Below are positions 12,034-24,689 of a stretch of DNA of 64,000 nt, piece after piece. Source of the DNA: Guillardia theta CCMP2712 (taxonomy: Eukaryota; Protista; Cryptophyta); assembly GCF_000315625.1 (NCBI RefSeq), contig NW_005434614.1, positions 126,573 to 190,572 of the forward strand, in the 5' to 3' direction. The notes under the pieces are model-generated. The model made no database searches, had not been told where the DNA came from, and saw only the letters and a program-made list of their open reading frames with translations. The position numbers were made by a program, and so were the translations under genes. Positions within the stretch are counted from its first letter, which is position 1, and each line of letters starts with the position of its first letter.

Positions 12034-12833
12034 GACTACTGGCCCTGAGGGCCCTGATCGGATCAGAATTCATTAAAAACTGGCTAATTGACACATGATG
12101 ACCCAGAAACTATGTCGAAAAGATGTTATGGTCAATACCCATACACATGAAAAATGATCATCATACTATGTATCATTTGAGAATCGCTACCATCGGTATC
12201 ATGTTTCATTGAACCAGAAAGGTCCATCTGAGCCAATGATTGCCCATGGAAGTGCCTCTTTCATTGCTGGTGAAAGGAATGAAAAGACCGTCCCCGTTCG
12301 ATGGAACAAACAACATCAGTGCCGCAAAGCTTTCAGACGCGTGTTTGATGTTGATGAGAAACATACGACAGTCACAATTCAAGTAATCAGTTATTTGAGT
12401 ATATATCATATCCGACCATAACTTAATATAGTCGGTTTATTGATGTGGTAGCAAACTGTCATCGATGTGGTACAAAATTACAAGATTTCAGACGTGTTCA
12501 CTGTCTTCAGGGGTGGTGTATTTCATCTCGAGGGACGGGCGGTGCGAGGGTTGAAATGGAGTTGGTTCATCAAATGTTTCAAAACTCGCATTGTGTCTGG
12601 TGACATGAATGCTGCAATGAACATTCTGGACAGAGAAAGAGAGTTTCACGTGTAGTCATGGTCACTGAACTTGCGATGCTCTACATTTGTACGAACATTG
12701 GACGAGGAGGACTTGAAAACGAGTTTTCCGAATAACCCTTCTTCGATGTATCAAAAATTTTGATTTCTGAAATCTTCTTTCAAAATATTCATCGTTGTCG
12801 TTTAAAGGTTAATGAGGGAAAGTCAGCTCAGCT

Positions 12834-15491
12834 CTACTGCTCGTAGCCTCCCAGGGCCACGTACCCCTCCTTCATGCTCTCATACGCCTTCACCGCTCGC
12901 TCCGCCCGCTGCTGCTTCGCCGCCGCCCTCGCCGCCGCCTGCAACATGAGTGAGACAGTGAGACAGTGAGCGTCAAGAGAGGAAGAGGGGAGAGAGGGTG
13001 GGAGAAAGGAGCGGGGGGAGCTGGAGGGAGAAGAGTGAAGGGAGGAGGAAGGGAGAAGGGAGGAGGAGGCAGGGAAGGGAGATGGAAGAGGAGGAAGGGA
13101 AAAGGGGGTTGGGGAGGGAGGGGAAGGCGAAGAACCTTGTCGAGCGTTGGGTCGATGGAATCATCCTCGATCTCATCGCCTACAGCCAGGCCGAGTTTGC
13201 ACCAGTTGACGCGACGCTCCTGCAAGAACAGTCAGAAGGAGGAGGGGAATGGTCATTGGGAACTAGACCCCGCTTCGTTTGGTGAACCTCTCCTCGCGCT
13301 CCTCTCCAAGCTCGTGCGAGGCTTGCAAGAGGAGCAGATCAAAGACTCAGTACGTGACGTGCTAGTGGAGGCTCAACAGCACGCCACGTCCAAACCGTCA
13401 AATCGCTTTTCGTGCTGGCGTTCCAGACTCGTTGGTGCAGGGGAGGAAAGGGAGAGCGCAAACTTTTCTTGATCATGATGCGAGTTCTGTACAAATATTT
13501 CCCCTCAGTGGTGCTCGAGCTTCTCNNNNNNNNNNNNNNNNNNNNNNNNNNNNNNNNNNNNNNNNNNNNNNNNNNNNNNNNNNNNNNNNNNNNNNNNNNN
13601 NNNNNNNNNNNNNNNNNNNNNNNNNNNNNNNNNNNNNNNNNNNNNNNNNNNNNNNNNNNNNNNNNNNNNNNNNNNNNNNNNNNNNNNNNNNNNNNNNNNN
13701 NNNNNNNNNNNNNNNNNNNNNNNNNNNNNNNNNNNNNNNNNNNNNNNNNNNNNNNNNNNNNNNNNNNNNNNNNNNNNNNNNNNNNNNNNNNNNNNNNNNN
13801 NNNNNNNNNNNNNNNNNNNNNNNNNNNNNNNNNNNNNNNNNNNNNNNNNNNNNNNNNNNNNNNNNNNNNNNNNNNNNNNNNNNNNNNNNNNNNNNNNNNN
13901 NNNNNNNNNNNNNNNNNNNNNNNNNNNNNNNNNNNNNNNNNAGGTGGAGGGGGAATCGGACATTGCTGGCCAGGAACAGGAGGGGAATCGAAGAGGAGCA
14001 GCAGGAAGAGGAGGGGAATACGAAGAGGAGGAGCAGGAAGAGGAGGTGGAATACGAAGAGAGGGAGGGAGGGGGTGGCGGGGGGGGTGGGAGGGAGGAAG
14101 GAGGAGGGAGCCAGGGAGGAGGAGGAAGCCACTGACCTCGCCGATGGCTCCTCCGACAGTAGCAGGGGGTGGGAAAATGTTGTGGGTAGCGAGAGCCATC
14201 GGGTAGAAATGAGTCTGCGAGCCAGTGAGGTTAGAGCCGCATCGCTTCTGCTTCCTCCATCCGCCTCCCTCCCTCCCTCCTCCTCCTCCCTCCCTCCTCC
14301 TTCTGCTCCACCACAACCATCATCACCACCACAGCTTTATCACCTTCTTGAGGGCACCAGCTCCTTCAGCGACCAGTCGCACCATCTCAATCGCGTTGGG
14401 GTCAAAGGGAGACAACTCGACCTTGATGAACAGTCAGATTCAACTCGATCCATCCATCCATCCATCCCCCTCCTCCTCTTCCACTGCCTCTCCCTTCCTC
14501 CTCCTCCTCCTCCTCCTCCTCTCCCTTCCCCTCCACCTCATGTTTGGCTCCTCCCTCGTCCTTGTTCTCCTCCTCTCAACCTCTTTACTTCTCTCCCTCC
14601 TCCTACCTTGCCGGTCTCGGCACTGCGGCGGTCACGCCCACCGGACGGGGCGAACCACATGCAGGTTCCGCCCAGCGCGAACATCTCGCCAAGCTGCACG
14701 TAATGAGCACAAGAATGAGGGCGGGGGAGGAGGAGGAGTAGGAGGAGGACGGGGGGGTGGAAGGAGGAGAGGGAGGGGGGGGGGGGGGAGGGAGGAGGAG
14801 GAGGAGGAACACCTTCTTGAGGGTCTTCTGGTTGTGTCCCATCTTGGCCATCTTCAGCTCAGGTTCGGAGTCGATGTGCTTCTTGGAGTAGACCTTCCTC
14901 GCTCGTCAGCGACTCCAGCTGCAGCTTCTGCTGGGGACTTACCGTGAGGAGGTTGCAGCCGCGGGAGAAGGGGACGACGATCGCGTCGCGGAGGACTCTC
15001 TCACCTGCCCCGGCCGTCAGGTCCCAGCAGGAAGGAGGAGGGTGTCAAAACTCACCTGCCATGAAGACGATCTGGGAGGCGATCTTGCCGTACTCCGGGC
15101 CCAGCTGGTCCTCAAGGCTGGCATAGCTTGTCACGGAACAGGGGGGACGAGCAGGGGAGACAACAGGGTGAAGATGCAGTGAGTGTCGCTCTCAGACTGA
15201 TGGTTGGACAGGAAGACTACGTTCTCCCCAGCCTGTCCCATTCATGTCAGACCCTTCGCGGCTCCTCCCAATCCCGCCTCCCGCCGCCTCCCCCCAACTT
15301 CTTTCCGCTTCCTCTTCCTCCTCTTCTTTGACCTCCATCCGCCGGCATTCCACCGCAAATTTTCACCACCTCCTCTACTGTGCTCTTCTTCCCTTGCCCT
15401 CTCCCTCTCGTCACCTCGAGTTGCGCCTTGATCTTCTGCAGGTTGTGTGCTCCGACGATCCTTCGAGCGAGTCACGGCAGGCACAGCAGGG

Positions 15492-15540
<49 letters not shown>

Positions 15541-17532
15541 AAGGTGGGGAGGGAGGAGGAGGAGCATGAGGAGAATTTACTTCGTCTCGTCCCAGTCCAC
15601 CAGAGGCCTCGTGAAGTCGATTCCGAAGGCCTAACGTAGCACATGAGGATACCAAACTACACGATCCTGCCACCGTGCCTGCCGCCCAAACTAGCCCCAT
15701 CTCTTCCAACCTTCTCTCCTTCAATCTCCTCCTCCATCTTCCTCCTCCCTCCTTACCCCCCTGCTACCTGGTAGTTGAAGAACTGGCTGTCGGAGTGATG
15801 ATAGTTGTGCGGCTCGTAGTGCTTGCCCGTCACCTGATCGCTGTCACCACCGAAGGCCAGCTGATTGTCCATCAGAGTCCCGCGTACCTTGTTGTTGCTG
15901 TCGAAGTAGTGGGGGCGCTTCCTTTCCTTACGAACCTGCTCCCTGTCAGCCTCCTCTCCACCACCAGCTGCTCGCACCAGCTCGGTGAGGGTGGCAAAGT
16001 AGTCATCGACTGCGAACTTCTTGTCTTCATCCACCTTGGCGGGGGCCTGACAACAAGAACAAGTCAGGACTACACACACTACCTCGTCCGCAGTTTCGAC
16101 ACCCCTCCCGCCACCCCCTCCACCTACCCCCCGTCACCCCCCTTTCCCCTTTCCCCCTCTTCCTCCTCCTCCTTCCCCTTCCCTGCTTTCCACCGCTTTC
16201 TTTTCCCCTCTGTGCCCACCCCCCACTACACACACACCGCCCTCACCTCCTCGAACTCCTCCTCTACCCTCTGTCCTTCTTCCTTCCTCTTTCCCCTCTC
16301 TTCCTATTCCTTCCCTTTCCCCCCCTCCCCTCCCGCCCGAAGAAGCACCTTGGATAGCGCATCCTTGTAGTTCTGGCACCAGTTCAAGATGATGTCTCCT
16401 GTGAGCTGGTCAGACCTCTCCTCTCCTCGAGTGCAAGCACATACCATCACTCTTCAGCAGCTCTCCGTCCGCCACGTACTTCTCGATCTTGAGCAAACAT
16501 CACCCAAGTAGCATCTCACGGACTCTCTCTCGCACCCTCTTGTCCAGCGGCATTTCGTCCTTGGGCAGCATGAACTGGCACTCTTCTCGCAGTTGAGTCT
16601 GACAAGACCTCGTCAACCCCCTCCTCCTCTCACGTGAGCCTCCTCCTCTCTCCTCTCCTCCTTCGTCTCCTCCTCCTCTCTCCTCTCCTCCTTCGTCTCC
16701 TCCTCCTCTCTCGTCTCCTCCTCCTCCTCTCTCCTCTCCTCCTCCTCTCTCGTCAACGCTCTACATCACCTGCACGCCGATCTTGCGAGCTGCAGGTCGG
16801 AAAGGATTCTCAGTCGAAAGCTTCGCAGCCGGCGACGCCACCATGCGAGGGGCGCGGAGGGAGTAGCGAGACTTCTCCGCGCGAGAGAAGGAGGCAACGT
16901 TGGCATGGTGAGCTGAAGAAGCTTGTCAGATGGTGCAGCAAGCGCATGCATCCTCAAACCTGAGAACAGAGACGAGGGGGAGAAGGCCTGAAGCAAACAG
17001 GGTTACAAGGTGAAGATACCCTACCACCGCTCTCTCAGTCACTGTTGCGGTCGCAGGCAAGCACTCAACACACTCTTCACTACTCTATCTCTGTCTCGTT
17101 CTATAACGCAAACTATAAGATGTAAGGCATATCCTGACGGCTGTCATGACAGGAAGTCCGTTGCACGATTCGAGTCGCTGCTACCCCTCCGTGCTAAAGG
17201 TAGAGCGTCTTCTGCACTCTCCTTTTTTCATTATCCTCTTTCTTTCGTTTCGTTCAGTAGCTTCTATTCCTTATCCCCATCCTCAGGTTCTGCTGACACC
17301 CTCGGTGCAAGCAAACAGCTCCATCAGGGATCCTGGAGTGTTCATCGCCTGACTTGCTTCTGCTCTATCTCATAATTCCAGCAGAGCTGCAACATCAACG
17401 ACTTCCTCTCTCTTTCCACTCTTCATCTTCTACCTTTCGTCCTCTCTCTTATCCTCCTCCTCCTCCTCCTCCTCCTCTTACCTCTGCCGCCATGGCCATG
17501 GCCATAGCCATAGCCACCTTCCAGGAGGCCAT
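12834..17532 (-). CDS. ATS1: Plastid glycerol-3-phosphate acyltransferase (soluble GPAT, ATS1-type) with bipartite plastid presequence
   Basis: Spliced exons give NVVFLSNHQSESD (HX4D motif), GDRVRRDAIVVPFSRGCNLLTVYSKKHI, WFAPSGGRDRR, FYPMALATHNIFPPPATVGGAIGE-ERRVNW. Exon 1 (17482-17532) MASWKVAMAMAMAMAAE splices to AFSPSSLFS. Stop TAG 12834. Confidence 0.9.
13526..13941. other. Assembly gap (N run) inside a GPAT intron
   Basis: 416 N. Confidence 1.
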
Positions 17533-17534
17533 GA

Positions 17535-18240
17535 TCGCAACCAGACCACCCCCACCCCTCGGACCGCATCAAATTCGAGCCTACCCCTCCTGGATTGTTT
17601 ATGCCTCAAGTCCCGAATGTCGGGATCACCCTGACCCCCAAGTTTTAGGGCAAAACCACCCCTACAATAGATACTTGCTTTCTCTTACCAAACTACAACT
17701 ACCCCTACCCCACTCCATCAGAGCTTTTTGCTGGCAACTGACCCCTGCTTGCGAACTCGAATACCCCCACCCTCATATCCAGCTTCAACCCACCCGACCC
17801 TAAGGGGGTGGGTTATTTGGACCCGGAGCTGCCGGGCCCGGGCATGAATCGGCCGCCGGCCCGGGGAACTTTCCGAATAAATAACCGTCGAATAACGGTC
17901 TGGTAGGTCAATATCCCGGCAGCTGCGACACCCCTGTTTTCCGGTTATCACCGATCTGTAACCGTCATAACGGCCATTATGTCCCTTTGACCGGAGTCAC
18001 TCTGAACCTTGTCTTGTTCCGAGTGGGGGGTGGGTACCCACATGTAGGTGGTGGGCCGCTGATATCCCAGATACTACTAGCGGAAATATGGGGGTGAAGA
18101 CAGGGGAACATGGGGGTGTCAAGTTTTGTCGGCTTGATAAGATAGGGTGGGGTACTAGGCAAAGAAGGATAAAACTAGGCAGGGGTGAGAGGGGTTTGAT
18201 ACCCAATGAAAGCGATACCGCTGTCGTAGTGTGGCCACAA
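17535..18240. promoter_or_regulatory. Bidirectional intergenic island between GPAT and the kinase gene
   Basis: ACCCC-rich 17540-17800, CCGG/ACCG/CGGT core 17820-18000, GGGGT-rich 18020-18200. GGGGT therefore lies on the sense strand ahead of each divergent gene. Confidence 0.55.
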
Positions 18241-18888
18241 AGAGTGTAGAAGAGGAGGGGAGGAGGATGAACGAGGGAGGAGAGGAGTAGAAGAAGTAGG
18301 TAGAGGACGGGGATGAGGGAAGACTCATATGATTATGTTGAGGAGATTTCACGAGATGAGGGTACAGGCAGAGAAAATTGTAGCATGAAATCGATTTAAG
18401 ATTTTTTCAAGACAAGGAGACATGGACATAGCGCAGGTTCGACACAGCACAAGGGAAGAAGCTTTGATTCAGTGTGTGGAAGAATTTTCGTAACGAGAGA
18501 ATCAGAGATCTCCCGAAGAAGGAATCAGAGGTCCGGGCATAGGATTTCAAGAAATGATGAATGGATGAGTTACTAGAGTTGAAAGAGTGGAATACAAGTC
18601 ATCCTCAGACTTGGATGAGAGGGCTTCAGGTGAGGCAGAATAGATGACAACAAAGAAAGAGAAAGTATGGGTTGTCTCTTGAGGAACAAGTCTCGTCCCT
18701 CAAACCTTATGTTTGGTTGACTGGAGTCCTGAGACGACGAAGGGGACAAAATCGCGTTCAACCCTCCGTATCCTGACACTCGACATGGTTGCAGGAGATA
18801 GGAGGCGCGGTGAAGCAGAGCATGAATGTTTGAGATGTCTTGGGAATGTTGATCTCAATGAGCTATTGAGACCTCCCCGCCTCTTACA

Positions 18889-21800
18889 ATGAACAGGTTG
18901 CAACTTGACGACCGGTCGCACGCGAAGAGCGGCTACCAGTCCGCTCGACCCAACCATGTACAGACGGATCTTGTCCCCAGCCCCTCGCATCGGTCTGCTC
19001 CCCGTCGACTCTCGTCGGATAAGATCTTCCAGGAAATCCTCAAGCCGCAAGACAACGACAGCCCTAAGGGCGAGAATGCTGCCAAGACTGAGAACAAGCG
19101 GTTCTGGCCACAGAGCATCTACACCTTCGATGTGACGAAGTTCCTTCGATTCCTGCGGAAGGTGAAGAGAAGAATAGAAGTGGATGTCGACAAGGCACAG
19201 CTGTCTGTGTACGACCCTGAGACCGACGTGTTGAAAAAGAGAATTGTGATCTCTGAGATCTGGGGAATGACTTCAGGAGACAAGAACAGCCCGAACAAGC
19301 TGATCATCCGACTTAGCAACGAGCATAGCGACATAGAGTGCGAGTTCATCTCCACTGAGCAGAAGATGCTCTTCATTACTTTGATCCGTGACCTGAACCT
19401 TCCGTCGAAGAGAAAGTCGTCAGACGCCAAGGAGACAAGCACCCTCGGTATCTGGCCTGACGCCTCGACGCGGCAGAGCTTCTTGAGCCTCGGGCTGCTT
19501 CGAAAGGTTGACCCGCAGGTCATCCAGCAGATCGAATCGCTCTTGAAGCCGCGGGTCTTTGCTAAGGGACATACGATCGCGAGGCATGGAGCTGCCTGTA
19601 CGCACCTTTACTTCCTCATGAGCGGGAGCGTCTCGTGCTATGGCCCCGACGGTCGTAGAATGGCCGACAAGGGTAGGGGAGAGTTCCTCGGGTCCGCGGA
19701 GCTCATGGCGAATGCCGCTGCTCGGTTTCAAGAGATGCAGGGCAAGGTGAGAGCGTGACAGTGTAGGAGAGGGAGCGAGCAAGGAGTTGCAGGCGAGGAG
19801 ATGAGCAGCATGACGATCGCGTTGCACGAGGCAGGAGGGAGAAAGAGAGGAAGGGGGGTGAGGGAGGGAGGGAAGAAGCTCACGGGAGGATGGCAGGTGA
19901 TGCTCTCAACAGCGTTCAGCTCGACCGTTGTTTGCAACTCAGACTGTGAGGCGATGGAGCTGCGACTGGAAGCCCTGCTGCCCGTCCTGTGTTCTTGCGA
20001 CCCCCTCTACGAGAACTTGTACGCGATCGCCACTGCTAGAGCATCGGTAGCTGCGCCTTATTTCATCCCCGAGTTGCTCTCTTTGGCTTGACTGGCGAGC
20101 AGGTCCGAGGGATCAAATTCTCCCAATTGAAGGAGGCAGCGGAGGATCTGGAGCAGGAGACGCTCACTTTCGACCAGCTCACGCAGAAGCAGAAGATGAG
20201 GTTGCGAGCTGCAGGTCTGTTGCCAAACACTTGTGCTCCTTCCTCGCGAGCTCTTCCCCTCTAAGAACTCCTCCTCCTCTTCCCTCTTTTGTCCTTCTCC
20301 TCCAATACCTCCGGTGTTGTCCTCAATCAGTATGTGACAGCCTTGTAGGCATGACGGAAGAAGACGTCATGGAGAACCCAGAGCTCGTCCTGCAGATCCT
20401 GAGAACCAACGAAGGTCTGGACACTGAGGCCCTCAGGTACCTGTGCAACTGCAAGGTAGGAGCTGACGCGTTTGCAGGACCTTCCAGCTCTTCAGGATGG
20501 TGGACAAGCCAACCTTGACAAGAATCGCCAACCAGCTGAGGCCCAGGTGGGGAGGAGGAAGAGGAGGGAGGAGGGAGGGAGGAGGAGGAGGAGGAGGGAT
20601 GAGGAGTTGGGTGGGGTGGGGAGAGGTGGAGATGGCCCTGAAGGTATCGTGCAGGCGGTTCAATGCTGGAGAGTACGTGCTGAGAGCGGGAGACCCTGGA
20701 GACTCTATGTTCTTCATCAACTCGGGCAGAGTTGCTGCCGTGGTCAACGGTCACGAACTGGAACCAATGAGGATGGGTCAATTTTTCGGGGAGATCGCAC
20801 TTGTCTCCCACTGTGCGCAATATATGGGACAGTCAGGGTAAGTGAAGAGAAGGGAAGTAGAGGAGGAGGGAGGAGGAAAGGGGAGGGGGGAAGGGAAGAA
20901 GGGAGGAGGGACGTTGGGAAAAGACCCTCAGGGAGGGGAGAAGAAGTAAGATGAGGTGGAAAAGAGTTGAACTGACTTTTAATTCTTTGCAGTTTTGTGA
21001 TCGCAAAGCGAACAGCAGATGTTGTCTGCAAGGAGAGCTGCGATCTCCTCGAGCTCCATAAGGATGTCGTCATCGCCATCCTCGACTCCGCGCCCAAGCT
21101 CAAGTCCACCTTCTTCCAGGTCTTCGCGCAGCCGCGGGAGGCAGCCGGCTGACGTCCCACACAGGCGCTGAAGGAGATGGCTGAAAAACGCTTGTCTCGA
21201 GACGAGCAATCAGGTGGACTTGTCCAGTGGCCGCCCCCTCTCTGACTCTCCTTCCTCAGGCGACGTCAGGAAGTCCACCAGGATGATCAACTACTCGTTC
21301 AATACAAACTCCACCTCATGCCAGAGCTCGCCTGCTCAGACGCCGCTCTCTAACGCCATGTTCAGTCCTCTTGGAGGAAGGAGGGTGCCTCCTATGTCGG
21401 ACTCTGACATTGGTTCCCCGCGCACGCAAGCCATGTTCTCTCCTCGTGCTCTGGACTCGCCCAATTCGCCCGCTCGGTCGGGAGATCTCCGATATGCAGA
21501 ATTCAACTCGCAGAAGAAGGCGCCGCCTCCCATCAACGGAGCAGACGGTCCCTTGCGCTTCCAACCTCTTGCTCTCCCTCAACCCTTTGCAGGAAACTTG
21601 ACGCTGCAGAAGCTGCCGACGCAGAAGCAGTTCACTGCTGTGGCCTCTTCCAAGTGAATTGCAACAATGGGGAAGACGAGGACTGACGTCTCGTGCTCTA
21701 GGGCGAAGATCAAGAACGGCGTCGACCCCCGTAAGCATTGGGACACCCTGCAAAAGCTGGCCAAGGGGTCGAGCGGAGCTGTTTATCTGGGACAGCCAAA

Positions 21801-23469
21801 GGAGAAGGCGCTGAGAGATGTAAGGGTTCTTCGCCATCTTCTTTCACCCTCCTCCTCCTTCTCCCTCCCCTTCCCCTTCCACTCTCCTCTCCCTCTCCTC
21901 TCCCTCTCTCTCTTCCTTCTCCTTCTCATCGTTTGCTCAGCGATGGCCGCGAGTGGCGATCAAGAAGTTCGCCATGAACGAGGAGACGGAGCTGGAGGAG
22001 CTCGAGAACGAGATTCAGATCATGAGCGTCAGCAGCCACCCCAACCTCGTCGAGTACATCGATGCCTACAACTGGTCTGGACGTCTGGGAGGAACCAAAG
22101 TCTGGGTCGTCATGGAGGCGATGCAGTATGGGGCCATGAACGAGATCCTGGAGAAGTGAGTCGAGGAGGACGATGGGCAGGAGTTGGAGGGGAGGCTGAC
22201 GTCAACGGCAGGGGATGGAAGTCTTGGTACGGCGGGGAGGGGAAGAGCGCACAGCACGAGTCTCTCATCGCGTACATGATGAGGGAGACGTTCCAAGGGC
22301 TGGCATACCTCCACTCCTTCAGCCGCATCCATCGCGACATCAAGAGCGACAACATCCTCGTCGGGGCCGGCGGGACTGTCAAGATCGCAGACTTTGGGTT
22401 CTGCGTGCAGCTCACCAAAGAGAACCAGTCGCGCTCCTCCGTGCTCGGGACTCCTTACTGGGTGAGGAGGCGAGGAAGGGGGAAAGCAGTAGAAGGGTGG
22501 GGGAGAGAGGAGGAAAGGAGGGAGAAGACAGAGAGGGGAATGGAATGTGACGAAATGGAGAGAGCAGGGAGAGGGAGAGAGGAGAGGAGGAGGTGGACAG
22601 AGAGGAGGGACAGGGACGAGGACTGTTGACGCTGATGCTCGCAGATGGCGCCTGAGGTCATCCGAGAGAAGCCTTACACCACCAAGGTGCTCAACGATCA
22701 TCCAGACGTTCATCCTTTCCCTCCTACTCTTCCTGTAAGTTGTTCATCCCCGTGTGACGAAGCGGCAGGTGGACGTCTGGTCGACGGGCGTCGTTTTGCG
22801 AGAATGCGCACAGAAGAATCCGTGAGAACGATGGGAGGGAAGGGGGGAGTGAGGAAGTGGAAGAAGCGGAGGGAGGGGAGAGAGAGAAAGAGAAGAGGAG
22901 AGAGGAGGGGGAGAGAGGTAATGATGTGCATGTCAGACCATACTTCACGGAGACGGTCTTCCGCGCCATGTACCTCATCTCGACCAAGGTGCTCCTCCTC
23001 TTACTGCCGCGTCCCTTCGCTACCCCCGTTCGCTCATTCTCTTCTCCTCTCACTGACTGTGCTAAGGGCATTCCGGGGCTCGACAACCCTGGGCGTTGGA
23101 GCAAGGATCTGATAAGGTGATAAAATACAATGGAGGCGATGGAGCTGACGAGAGTGTATTCAGCTTCGACAAGGCTTGTCTGCAAGTACAAACTTCGCTT
23201 CTCCTCCCTTGTCTTGTGTAACTTCTCTCCAGGTGGACGTCAAACATCGCATGTCCAGCGCCGAAGCGCTCGATCATCCGTAAAATTCCCTACCTCATCT
23301 CCATTCACCTCTTCCTCATCACATCCTCATCTCAGGTTCCTTTCCAAGGCGTGCGATGCTGCATTCTTCGAGCAGGTCAACCGTGAGAGCGAGTCAAGTC
23401 AAGCTGATGGCTTGGCAGATGATCATCAAGTGCTCCAAGGGGGAGAAGAACAAGAAGACAACGCTGTGA
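18889..23469 (+). CDS. PAK/STE20-family Ser/Thr kinase with PH-like domain and two cyclic-nucleotide-binding domains (true start may be further upstream)
   Basis: cNMP1: FAKGHTIARHGAACTHLYFLMSGSV..GEFLGSAEL. cNMP2: FNAGEYVLRAGDPGDSMFFINSGRV..GQFFGEIAL..KRTADV. Kinase: KGSSGAVY, VAIKK, IHRDIKSDNIL, KIADFGFC, GTPYWMAPE, VDVWSTG. Intron 21654-21701 joins linker to kinase in frame. Stop TGA 23467-23469. Confidence 0.85.
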
Positions 23470-23497
23470 ACGAGAGGGAAATGGCAGTTAAAGACCC

Positions 23498-23984
23498 TTA
23501 AACCTCCCCCTCCTCGTCCTCCTCCATATCCTCTGGCTTCTCAGCAGTGCTCTGCTCGACGAGAAACTGCCGCAACGTCTTGTTCTCAGCAGGACAGAGG
23601 TCAGCTGCTGTCTGTCCGGCTTGGTTCTTCCTTTTGGCATCAGCTCCATGGCTGCATCGCACACGCGTCACTGGTAGCAAGCGACAACAACAGCCCGCAC
23701 CTGACAAGCATCTTGCACGCAGGCTCCCGCGAGTTCAGTGCAGCGAGATGCAGGGCAGTGTTCCCTAACTTCGTCTGAGCGTTCTTATCGCAATCCTTCT
23801 GAGCGAGGATGTACTGCATGACCTCCACGTGACCATTGGCCGCGCACATGTGGAGAGGAGTGTGTCCTTGCGAGCTCTGGGCGTTGATATCAACGGGGTC
23901 GAGCCACTTGATCTGTTCTATGCATCTCTTGAGGCGCTTGGCATCTCCATCTCTAGCTGCTGTATGCAGAGGAGTCCAGCCCAT
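23498..23984 (-). CDS. Small ankyrin-repeat protein
   Basis: GWTPLHTAA, GHTPLHMCAANGH, GNTALHLAA, GQTAADL; one intron about 23650-23700; acidic tail ending EGEV*. Confidence 0.9.
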
Positions 23985-24689
23985 GACTTGAAGACTCGAG
24001 GGTTCACAGTGCGGGTTCAGACACGATGTTGCATTCTTGTAGCACAGATGCCTCTGCCAGACAACCAATCAGACGATCAGCGGGAAAATGCAAGGGTATG
24101 GTGAGAGAATAGTGACTAGCAAGGACTGCAGCATCCATACAACAAGAGGTTGTATGGGGCGCAGAACAAAACTGAGAGGATAGCCAAACAGGTTTGAGAA
24201 TGAAAAAGTCGCCATGGAGAGAACATGAGGAGAAGGATGGCATCAGAAGCTGCATTGTCTGACTTAGCAGGTGCAGGAGAAGGAGATTCATAAGATGGAA
24301 GAAAATGCGAGGGAAAAATTCTTGGGAGGGGGAGGACGAGGATGAGAGCAAGAACGAGAGGAAGGGAGAACAGGAGGGGTGGAGAAGAGCAGGAGAGAAG
24401 GATTAGGATCAGGATCAGGATCAAGATATGGTCAGATGGAGGGGAGGGAGGGAGGACAGCAGGGAAGCTCAGGAGAGAGGTCAGGAGAGAGGGAGGTCAG
24501 AACAAGGACTAGAACCAGGCCACACCCAGAAGGACAAGGAGAGGTAGAAGACGAGAAAGAGGAGGAAGAGGATGATGTATCAGAGTATATGAAGAGGAAG
24601 GAATGAGTGTTGTGCTCGTTGTTGCTGCTCCTCTTCAGTTCAGAGCATGCGCTCTTCCCGCCATGCAAGAAATCAAAAACAAGGAACAG

